Assembly (NCBI GenBank): GCA_963702845.1
Contig: OY969763.1
Location: 2,720,001 to 2,784,000, forward strand
Direction: 5' to 3'
Source: an uncultured Verrucomicrobiae bacterium
GTDB taxonomy: Bacteria > Verrucomicrobiota > Verrucomicrobiia > Limisphaerales > Palsa-1400
DNA: 64,000 nucleotides
Part shown: positions 20,862 to 29,282 of the stretch, in pieces
How the letters are laid out: the number at the start of each line of letters is the position of its first letter
How positions within the stretch are numbered: the first letter of the stretch is position 1
Program-made: the position numbers and the translations under genes
The notes under the pieces: model-generated
What the model saw: only the letters and a program-made list of their open reading frames with translations
Database searches by the model: none
What the model was told of the DNA's origin: nothing

Positions 20862-21845
20862 ATGAACGTCATTTCACGCCGAAAATTCCTCACGACGTCC
20901 GCCTTGGCGGCCCGCGCACTTGCAACGAGTGTTCAAGCAGTGCCGCAAAAGAAGGCGCTTATTGCCATTTCGCTCGATCTGGAAATGGCACGTAATTTCC
21001 CGAATTGGGACGACACCCATTGGGACTACGAAAAAGGAAATCTAAACGACGCCACAAAGACATACGCGGTCGAAGCGGCGCGGCGCGTGAAGGAGCATGG
21101 TGGTGTCATTCATTTTTTTCTGGTCGCAAGCGCGCTCGAACAGGAGAACGTCGATTGGCTCAAGCAAATCCGCGACATGGGCCATTTCATTGGAAACCAC
21201 ACTTACGACCACGTCTATGTTCGCGCGGAAAAGTTGGAAGATGTGCAGTTCAAGTTCGCCCGCGCACCGTGGTTGCTCGATGGCAAGAAGCCCCTCGACG
21301 CTGTGCGCGAAAATATTCAAATGGCGACTGCAGCAATTCACAAGCGCCTCGGAATAGAGCCTGCGGGATTTCGGACACCAGGTGGCTTCGCTGACGGTCT
21401 GGCCACTCGACCCGACGTGCAGAAGATGTTTCTCGATCTCGGTTACAAATGGATCAGTTGCAAATACCCCGCGCACCCCAACAGTAATCCACCGGGCACG
21501 CCACCGACGGACGCGATTTATGACGGCATCGTCAAAGCGCAAACCGCCGCCCAGCCTTTTGTGTATCCCAGTGGATTGATCGATGTGCCGATGAGTCCCT
21601 TGAGCGATATTGTTGCGTTTCGTGGCGGCAAATGGGACCTCGATCACTTTTTAAAAGGCGTGCGTCTCGGAGTTGAATGGGCGATTGAGCATGGCGCCGT
21701 CTACGATTACTTGTCGCACCCAGCCGTGCTTAATGTGAAAGATCCGGAATTCAAAACCATCGACATGATTTGCGAGATCGTGAAGAGCGCTGGTAACCGC
21801 GCATCAATCGTGGGGCTCGACGCGTTGGCCAAGCGCGCTGTTTAA
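20862..21845 (+). CDS. Tat-exported polysaccharide deacetylase (CE4-like)
   Basis: SRRKFL, ISLDLE, GNHTYDH, GFRTPGG, SHP. Confidence 0.82.
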   Translation: MNVISRRKFLTTSALAARALATSVQAVPQKKALIAISLDLEMARNFPNWDDTHWDYEKGNLNDATKTYAVEAARRVKEHGGVIHFFLVASALEQENVDWLKQIRDMGHFIGNHTYDHVYVRAEKLEDVQFKFARAPWLLDGKKPLDAVRENIQMATAAIHKRLGIEPAGFRTPGGFADGLATRPDVQKMFLDLGYKWISCKYPAHPNSNPPGTPPTDAIYDGIVKAQTAAQPFVYPSGLIDVPMSPLSDIVAFRGGKWDLDHFLKGVRLGVEWAIEHGAVYDYLSHPAVLNVKDPEFKTIDMICEIVKSAGNRASIVGLDALAKRAV

Positions 21846-24800
21846 GGCGCGTTTGTCCAAATGACGCTCGTCGCATTGGTGGCTTTGCGAATGATGAAAC
21901 CGGCGCCGGGCGTGAATACCTGCGCAGTGCCAAAATCAGTTGAACCCGAACCCACACGACGCCAACCACTGTTCCAATAATAATAAACCGCGCTCGAAGA
22001 CTTATTCTTTTGCGCGACGGTGTTGTCGAATGTCAGCAGCTCATCGGTGCGCGTTCCCGGCAGAGGGCTGGCTTCAAAAGCGCCGCTGCTGATCAGCCCG
22101 GAATTATCTAGCGCAACAGCAGAGGCGCGAATCAAACCGACCGAATTGTCCTGTTCAGTTTCTGTCTGTGCGTGCAACGGCAACGCCAATGTCGACACAA
22201 TGACCGCGCCAACAGAATTCATCGTGCTATTTGTCGGCACGTTTTGGCGGACGATGAAATACGAACTCAAGGGCAAGACATCATCACCGTGATTCACGCT
22301 CCCCTGCCCCACTTGCTTCCAGATGGAGGAATTAAAATAATAAATCTTCGTCGCGCTCAGATTGATTCCGGTTCCTGCGCTATCGGGCAAAAGGATTTCA
22401 GTAAAACGATTTCCTTGCGAAGGTGAGGCAAGGATGCCTTTGCCATTTGGGAACGCTGAATTCAATGACCAGTGAGGAACGACAGAAACCACATCTCCAG
22501 GTGCGGCTCCGTCGAGAGTGTCTGCGCCAAAATCGACCGTCAATGTGTTCGTGTCATTTGTGATCACGTTGTAAACGCGACCTTCAAGCGCGCCAGAATC
22601 AAAGCGCGCGTAGTAATTATTGGACTGCGCGCCCGGCGAATAGACGAACTGCCCTGCCGTCCAGTTCGCACCGTTAACGGTTACGGTATTGCTTACGACC
22701 GATGCGACCGCACCTGAAGATGTAATCGCACGCGTGAACGGGATCGAAACGTATGAGTCCGAGACGCCTAAAAATACCAATGGCATCACACCAGCAGGAT
22801 CACTCACAGCCGAACCATCCGCCAAACGATAAAAACGTTGGCTACCTCCAGGGTTGTCCGAAACCGTCACTGTCGAACCACCCGGAGTAATCTGCGTTAG
22901 ATCAGTCCATGTCGAGTCGGTCAGCGCGTTCTTGGATTGAAATGCGTAAGTAGCACCGGGAGCAACGTTCCAGGTGAGGAACACCAAGCCATCCGGATTG
23001 CTTTGCATGTCCGCGAGTGTTGGACGATCGATCACAACGATATTAAACGTCGTCGTCGCGCTTTGCGATGGTACGGCGTTATCTGACACACGGACTGTGA
23101 CCAAATTTGTCGTGCCCTGCGCGACAGCGGGCACTGTCCATGCGAACGCGCCCGAACTCGAATCAATTGCGGCCCCGGCAGGTGCTCCGGGATCAAGATT
23201 AAACGATAACGTTTGCGAGGCCTGATCAGGATCGCTGGCAGAAACAGTCAACGAAACCGTCGCTCCAACGCTCGCCACCTGATCAGCAACTGGCACAACC
23301 GCCGGCGGATTGTTGAGGACCGTGAGCGTGCCGTTGTTCGTGCTCACAACATAGTTCGACAATTTCGAACTCGGGTCGGACAACGTGAACGTAATTGCAT
23401 AAGCCCCCACCGCACTGTTCGTTGTCGCAATTGTAGAATAATTCGCGGTGACGTCGTCGTTATTTTGCAAACCGACAATGGTTCCGGTGAACACAGGATT
23501 AGTAGCGCCCCACGTGCGCGAAGCATCGTTCGCAGTGACCGAAACCAGCGCGGTCGTGACCGTCAACGTTCCGTTATTTGTCGTCACAGTGTAATTGGTC
23601 AGATTACCAGTGGGATCGGCCAGCGTTGGCGTAATGTTATAATTGCCGACTGCGCTGTTCGTGGTCGCTGCACTGACGAACGTTGCCGCGATGTTGTCAT
23701 TATTCTGCAGGCCAGAGAGAGCGCCGCTGAACACGGGGTTCGTTTGACCATATATGCGTGACGCATTGCTAGCCGTCACGCTCAGCGGCGAGGAAGTGAC
23801 CGTCAAGGTGCCATTCGTCGAAAGTACGGTATAGTTCCCAAGGCGATTGTTCGGATCATTCAAGCTCGGAACAATGGCGTAATTACCCTTTGCACTGTTT
23901 GTCGTAGCGGAAGAATTGAATGTCGCGGTGATATTATCGCCAGCCTCCACTCCAGTCAGAGTCCCACCAAAGATCGGATTTGTTTGGCCATAACCGCGCG
24001 AAGCATCGTTCGCAGTGACCGAAACCAACGCGGTCGTGACCGTCAAGGTACCGTTGTTCGTCGTCGCCGTATAGTTAGACAACTTGCCAGTTGGATCGGA
24101 GAGCGTGGGCGTGATGTTATAATTGCCGACTGCGCTGTTTGTGGTCGCAGCGCTAGTAAACGTCGCGGTGATATTGTCGGAATTTCGTAAACCATCCAGA
24201 GTGCCGCTGAACAGCGGGTTGGTCAGCCCATATTGACGTGAAGCATTATTGGCGGTCACGTTCAGAGGCACAGAAGTGACGGTCAAGGTGCCATTCATCG
24301 AAAGCACGGTGTAGTTACCCAAACGATTGTTCGGATCATTCAAGGTCGGAACGATGGCGTAACTACCCTTTGCACTGTTTGTAGTTGCAGACGAATTGAA
24401 TGTCGCCGTGATATTATCGCCAGCCTCCACTCCAGCCAGAGTCCCACCAAAAATCGGATTTGTTTGGCCATAACCGCGCGAAGCATCATTCGCAGTGACT
24501 GAAACCAGCGCGGTCGTCACCGTCAACGTGCCGTTGTTCGTCGTCACCGTATAGTTAGACAACTTGCCAGTGGGATCGGACAGCGTGGGCGTGATGTTAT
24601 AATTGCCGACTGTGCTGTTCGTCGTGGCTACACTGAAGAACGTTGCCGTTAGGTTGTCATTATTCTGAACGCCGGTGAGGGTTCCACTGAACACCGGGTT
24701 GGTCACCCCATATTGACGTGAAGCATTATTGGCGGTCACGCTCAGAGGCACAGAAGTGACGGTCAAGGTGCCATTCGTCGAAAGCACGGTGTAGTTACCC

Positions 24801-27800
24801 AAGCGATTGTTCGGATCATTCAAGCTCGGAACAATGGCGTAATTACCCATTGCACTGTTTGTAGTAGCGGACGAATTAAACGTCGCGGTGATGTTATCGC
24901 CAGACGCCACTCCAGCAAGAGTCCCACCAAAAATCGGATTTGTTTGGCCATAACCGCGCGAAGCATCGTTCGCGGTGACCGAGACCGGCACCTTCATCAC
25001 CGTCAAGGTGCCGTTGTTTGTCGTCACAGTGTAATTGGACAGCCTGCCGGTGGGATCAGATAACGCTGGCGTGATGTTATAATTGCCGACTGCGCTGTTC
25101 GTGGTCGCTGCACTGACGAACACTGCCGTGATATTGTCATTATTCTGTAGGCCAGCGAGATTGCCGTTGAACACGGGGTTTGTCTGACCATATTGGCGTG
25201 ACGCATTGCTAGCCGTGACGCTCAGCGGAACCGCCGTCACCGTCAGCGTCCCATTCGTCGACAAAATAGTATAGTTGCCAAGGCGATTGTTCGGATCATT
25301 CAAGCTCGGAACGATGGCGTAATTACCCTTTGCACTGTTTGCCGTAGCGGACGAATTGAATGTCGCCGTAATGTTGTCGCCAGATTCGACTCCAGTCAAA
25401 GTCCCGCCAAAAATCGGATTTGTTTGGCCATAACTGCGCGAAGAATTGCTCGCAACGACTGTGAGAGTCGCTGGAGTAATCGACACCCCGGCAGAAACAG
25501 CGCTAACAATGGCAGGTTGCGACACATCCGACACAGAAACGTTCTGGGTGCCGACCGTTTTCAAAGTCACATTGAAAGTCGCCGTGCCGCTAGTCAAAGC
25601 GGCATTAGGAGGCAGAGTGGCGATCGTGTCACTCGACGACAACGTCACAGTATCACTGACGTTGTTCGCAAGATTCCAAAACGCGTCCACAGCTTTAACG
25701 GTCACGTTAAAGCTCGTTCCGGAAATGTGCGCGGTCGGCGTGCCAGTAAAACCAGGGCTCACCGTTGGCGTCGCAGTCTGACCGGGCAGTAAAATCTGCA
25801 ACTGCGAGACAGCCGCAGGCGCGATTGCAACGACGCTCGACGTCGCACCAGTCAACGCGCCCGACGTGAACGCGATCGTAATGTTCGTTGCGTATTGATG
25901 TAAGAGATTCGTGAAAGTCACCAACCCGCCCACTGCCGTCATTGCCGTTACACCTTGTAACGTGCCTGCACCCGCAGACCGGATCGCAGTCACAATCGTC
26001 GAGTTATCGTTAGTCACAAGATGCCCGGTGGCATCTTCAATGCGAATCACAGGTTGAACATCAAACGGAACGCCTGCCGTCGCAGTTGATGATGGCTGCG
26101 TTTGAATCGTCAGCTTCGTGGCTGCGCTTTGATCTACAACGAGCGCGTTGATCAAATTACTGACGATTGGCGTGCCCCAACCGGTGCATAGGTCGAATCC
26201 GGTGACGCCGGCGAATTTCGTCTTACTGCTACTGCTGAAATTATTACCAGTGGTGGTGTCATGGAAACAACTGGTGTACGAAGCGCCCTTTCCGAGAGTG
26301 TAAATTGCGGGATTGATGAAGCCAACCGGCGATTGGCCGACGCTCGCCGCACGCTGGTTCGCCAAAGCCGTAACCGCGGCCCACAATGGCGCGGCGCAAC
26401 TCGTCCCGCCGAATGTTCCCGCGCTGCCGTTATTGTATAATACATAAATATTATCGCCAGTGAGCGCGACGTCGGGGACGTTGCGGAAACTCGTTGAACC
26501 TTTATTGGCGGTCATACTGATGCCCTGCTGCCACACCGGCAACGCAAACACGGTGCTGATTCCGCCGCTGCTGCCAGTATAGGATCCTTGAACGCGTCCC
26601 CAGTTCCATACTGTTTCAGACGAAAAACTCGCTCCCGTGCCCGTCGTCAACGTAGTCGCGCCCACTTGCGTGATATTTGGGCTATCGGACGGAAAAGGGA
26701 TCGCTCCCACGAAGGCATCGCTATCTCCGGTGGCATTGAAGAATGACTGGCCTTGCGCCGCCATTAACTGGAAAACGTTCTCAGCCGTGGGATTCTCTGA
26801 ACCACCGCCCCACGAACAACCGATCTGTTTTGCCAGGTTGTCTGTTTGCATCTGGCTGAGCATCGGCTCAAAATTTGCCAGACTGTTCGGAGCTTCATAA
26901 ACATAAACCTTGGATAGACCAGGTGCCATGGCGATGACCATCTCGATGTCGAGCGCAACCTCGCTATTCCCGGAACCCGGATTGGAAACACCACCATTCA
27001 CCGCGACGTTCGACAGTGTCATCGAAGGCAATCCGAACTGCGACTCGTAGCTCGTAATGTCAGATGTGTAATAACCATCGAATTCCAACAGGGCGATGCT
27101 CTGTCCCGTGCCCGTGAGCGAGAGTCCCGGTGCATACGCGGCGCGAAAATCATTTCCGGCATAAGTGCCGCTCGGACCGGAACCTGCCCTGGGCGTGGCG
27201 ACACCGGCCGGCATAGGTTGAATTTTGCTGTGCGGTCGTGGAACGAAAAAGTCACTCAAGCCACTCACGGTGATGACCGGCACTGCGATATCCAAAGCGG
27301 GATCAACGTCCGGCGCAAAAAACGTTCGCTGTTCAGTCGGATGCTGGTATCTGTGCAACTTCACGTGGAAGGCAGCTTCCACGGCGGACACTGGACCCTC
27401 AACTTCAAGCAGCAATCGATTGGGATGTTTGGACGTTGGAACCAAGCCCTGTGATTTCGCCCACGCAATGACCGCATCGTAGTCTGCTGCGAGCGGCCCA
27501 AATCTCTCCGTTAGTTGATCCGGCGTGAGATACTGCCGGTATTGCGGGCTGCCCGGGTCGTAGATTTTTTGGAGCAAACTCTGAAGGCCGTCCGGATCAT
27601 GCAATGGCAATCCTATGGAAAGATGAATTCGCCTGGATGCACTGAGTCGCTCGAGCGGTTGCAATTGCTTCACAACTGCCGGGACATGGTTCTTCAACAC
27701 TACCCGCGCACTAGCGGCGGTGGCTTTGTCTCCTGACTGGGCTTGCCCCGCGGGTAAGGCGACACTTGAACGGACAAAGCCAAGCAAAATTACCAAGCAG

Positions 27801-27817
27801 ATTAGCTGCAAGCGCAT
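21842..27817 (-). CDS. Large secreted S53 (sedolisin) peptidase with MBG repeats, cadherin-like domain and C-terminal TIGR02597-like domain
   Basis: Pro-kumamolisin region (YRQYLTPDQLTERFGP), EVALDIE, TGDSD, GGTSCAAPLWAA, GFDLCTGWGTP, nine 80-aa repeats. The start could be 27853. Confidence 0.88.
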   Translation of the reverse strand: MRLQLICLVILLGFVRSSVALPAGQAQSGDKATAASARVVLKNHVPAVVKQLQPLERLSASRRIHLSIGLPLHDPDGLQSLLQKIYDPGSPQYRQYLTPDQLTERFGPLAADYDAVIAWAKSQGLVPTSKHPNRLLLEVEGPVSAVEAAFHVKLHRYQHPTEQRTFFAPDVDPALDIAVPVITVSGLSDFFVPRPHSKIQPMPAGVATPRAGSGPSGTYAGNDFRAAYAPGLSLTGTGQSIALLEFDGYYTSDITSYESQFGLPSMTLSNVAVNGGVSNPGSGNSEVALDIEMVIAMAPGLSKVYVYEAPNSLANFEPMLSQMQTDNLAKQIGCSWGGGSENPTAENVFQLMAAQGQSFFNATGDSDAFVGAIPFPSDSPNITQVGATTLTTGTGASFSSETVWNWGRVQGSYTGSSGGISTVFALPVWQQGISMTANKGSTSFRNVPDVALTGDNIYVLYNNGSAGTFGGTSCAAPLWAAVTALANQRAASVGQSPVGFINPAIYTLGKGASYTSCFHDTTTGNNFSSSSKTKFAGVTGFDLCTGWGTPIVSNLINALVVDQSAATKLTIQTQPSSTATAGVPFDVQPVIRIEDATGHLVTNDNSTIVTAIRSAGAGTLQGVTAMTAVGGLVTFTNLLHQYATNITIAFTSGALTGATSSVVAIAPAAVSQLQILLPGQTATPTVSPGFTGTPTAHISGTSFNVTVKAVDAFWNLANNVSDTVTLSSSDTIATLPPNAALTSGTATFNVTLKTVGTQNVSVSDVSQPAIVSAVSAGVSITPATLTVVASNSSRSYGQTNPIFGGTLTGVESGDNITATFNSSATANSAKGNYAIVPSLNDPNNRLGNYTILSTNGTLTVTAVPLSVTASNASRQYGQTNPVFNGNLAGLQNNDNITAVFVSAATTNSAVGNYNITPALSDPTGRLSNYTVTTNNGTLTVMKVPVSVTANDASRGYGQTNPIFGGTLAGVASGDNITATFNSSATTNSAMGNYAIVPSLNDPNNRLGNYTVLSTNGTLTVTSVPLSVTANNASRQYGVTNPVFSGTLTGVQNNDNLTATFFSVATTNSTVGNYNITPTLSDPTGKLSNYTVTTNNGTLTVTTALVSVTANDASRGYGQTNPIFGGTLAGVEAGDNITATFNSSATTNSAKGSYAIVPTLNDPNNRLGNYTVLSMNGTLTVTSVPLNVTANNASRQYGLTNPLFSGTLDGLRNSDNITATFTSAATTNSAVGNYNITPTLSDPTGKLSNYTATTNNGTLTVTTALVSVTANDASRGYGQTNPIFGGTLTGVEAGDNITATFNSSATTNSAKGNYAIVPSLNDPNNRLGNYTVLSTNGTLTVTSSPLSVTASNASRIYGQTNPVFSGALSGLQNNDNIAATFVSAATTNSAVGNYNITPTLADPTGNLTNYTVTTNNGTLTVTTALVSVTANDASRTWGATNPVFTGTIVGLQNNDDVTANYSTIATTNSAVGAYAITFTLSDPSSKLSNYVVSTNNGTLTVLNNPPAVVPVADQVASVGATVSLTVSASDPDQASQTLSFNLDPGAPAGAAIDSSSGAFAWTVPAVAQGTTNLVTVRVSDNAVPSQSATTTFNIVVIDRPTLADMQSNPDGLVFLTWNVAPGATYAFQSKNALTDSTWTDLTQITPGGSTVTVSDNPGGSQRFYRLADGSAVSDPAGVMPLVFLGVSDSYVSIPFTRAITSSGAVASVVSNTVTVNGANWTAGQFVYSPGAQSNNYYARFDSGALEGRVYNVITNDTNTLTVDFGADTLDGAAPGDVVSVVPHWSLNSAFPNGKGILASPSQGNRFTEILLPDSAGTGINLSATKIYYFNSSIWKQVGQGSVNHGDDVLPLSSYFIVRQNVPTNSTMNSVGAVIVSTLALPLHAQTETEQDNSVGLIRASAVALDNSGLISSGAFEASPLPGTRTDELLTFDNTVAQKNKSSSAVYYYWNSGWRRVGSGSTDFGTAQVFTPGAGFIIRKATNATSVIWTNAP
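23318..25477 (-). repeat. Nine tandem 240-bp MBG-type coding repeats
   Basis: Unit: VTANxASRxYGxTNPxFxGxLxG...NYTxxxxNGTLTV. Alternating A/B types give a 480-bp period. Confidence 0.92.
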
Positions 27818-27923
27818 CGCAAGTAACCGCTTCGGGAAACAGCTGAAAAACATCGGCCGATGCTATCACGAAACACCGTAAAACAAACCTCGAAATGACA
27901 AGAATTTGGTTCGCAATGGGAAC

Positions 27924-28391
27924 CTAAGCGATCTCGAACTCTACCGGCAATTTCTTGTTGCGCACGACGCGCCCAAATTCGGCGCGGTCGAACGGTTTGA
28001 CCATGTAGGAGTTGGCGCCGAGTGAAACAGCGGAACGAAGCGCGTTGACCTGTTCAGAGCTGCTGATGGCGATGATGGGTATATCGCGAAATTTGAGGCG
28101 AGTACGGAGGTAAGCTTGCGCATCCAGTCCGTTGCGACCCGGCAAGCGCAGATCGATGATGATCAGACCGGGTAACGGATATTTGTCGCGCTCCGCATAT
28201 TTGCCGACACCGCCCAGATAAGTGATCATCTCGTCGGTAGAAGAGACGTGGCAGATGGGATTGGCGACATTGAGGCGTCGCAGTTCGCGTGACGCGACAA
28301 GGAAGTCATCCGTCTGGTCTTCAACAAACAAAATCGATTTGATCTGTTCTTTGGAACTATCGCTTTCCCTCAGGTCTGATTTACCACTCAT
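27924..28391 (-). CDS. Single-domain response regulator (Rcp1-like)
   Basis: ILFVEDQTDD, IIIDLRLPGRNG, IAISSS, GANSYMVKP. Confidence 0.88.
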   Translation of the reverse strand: MSGKSDLRESDSSKEQIKSILFVEDQTDDFLVASRELRRLNVANPICHVSSTDEMITYLGGVGKYAERDKYPLPGLIIIDLRLPGRNGLDAQAYLRTRLKFRDIPIIAISSSEQVNALRSAVSLGANSYMVKPFDRAEFGRVVRNKKLPVEFEIA

Positions 28392-28944
28392 CTTTATTCT
28401 TATCTGCTCAACGCAGGGCGTCTCATACCACTGACAGTAGACAGCAACGCAACCCGTTGACCGACAAAAATCGTTTAGGGGAATCCATGAATTCCCAAGA
28501 GTGTTCGTGGTATGAGCCCATGCGGTAATCCTCGTTAGCACGGAAGCGTTAGCTATTCAAAAAACCTGAAAGTGTTTGCGCGAGCCTCACCTGAAAACTA
28601 GTTGTCATGTAAATTATTGACGCATCGGCAATAAAGGCATTAAATCGCGACGTTCCCATGATCCTGCAACCCAACCATGCAGACATGAACTGCGGAATCA
28701 GCATCCGTGGCCTGATGGAAGCTGTGCTCAAAAGCGCAGTCGCCTTTTTCTCCCCGATATCCAACAACGCTGCCGCTGACCCGAGTTTTTTTTGCAGTGT
28801 GCTACGACTTTCGCCCACGCGCGGAAACGGGTTGCGGCTACGCCGGCTTCCACGACATTTTCGCGGGAAGATTCACGACTGTGATTGGGCCAAGCCATCG
28901 CTGGTCAAACACAACAAAGTCCTGAATCTCCACAATCGATTGAT

Positions 28945-29009
28945 CGGGGCCGACGCTTACTCCGCAGGAGGAACTGCCAAACACGTCGGCCCCGCTTCAT
29001 TTTCATTTT
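28945..29009 (+). terminator. Intrinsic terminator-like hairpin
   Basis: CGGGGCCGACG / CGTCGGCCCCG followed by CTTCATTTTCATTTT. Confidence 0.5.
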
Positions 29010-29010
29010 G

Positions 29011-29154
29011 CGCCAGTGTCCGACTCACCGGCACGAAGGGCATCTCCGCACAGGCGTGCGGAAACCCCATCCGCGATAATTAAGAGTCCGTTAGCGCGGG
29101 TGGAAATCCCACCGGCTGGTGTTCGGGGCAACCTGGACACCAGCCGTTTAATTT
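29011..29154 (+). ncRNA. Candidate structured RNA or riboswitch with overlapping terminator (family unassigned)
   Basis: Several nested stems, a T-loop-like GGGTGGAAATCCC, and a 15-bp GCAA-capped terminator at 29113-29154. Confidence 0.45.
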
Positions 29155-29282
29155 CATACCTGCCCGCTAAACATTTTGCGCCTAAGTTTTGCGCCAAAAA
29201 AGCGTGCCTTCAATCTGTTAAACAGCTACATTCAATCATCACAAATACCAAGCTCACGAGGCTGGGACCGGTTACGCGGGTT

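Noticed and set aside
23318..25477. Regularly spaced DNA repeats as a CRISPR array
   Set aside because: They are 240-bp in-frame coding repeats with no unique spacers and no cas genes.
28919..28970. c-di-AMP (ydaO) riboswitch suggested by CCTGAATC...CTTACTCCGCAGG
   Set aside because: Far too short, and the central conserved elements are absent.
28549..29083. ORFs 28658-29083 and 28549-28818
   Set aside because: No recognisable motifs or RBS, and the longer one runs through terminator-like hairpins.
29095..29125. tRNA or FMN riboswitch suggested by GGGTGGAAATCCCACCGG
   Set aside because: No cloverleaf and no second FMN half. Kept only as an unassigned RNA candidate.
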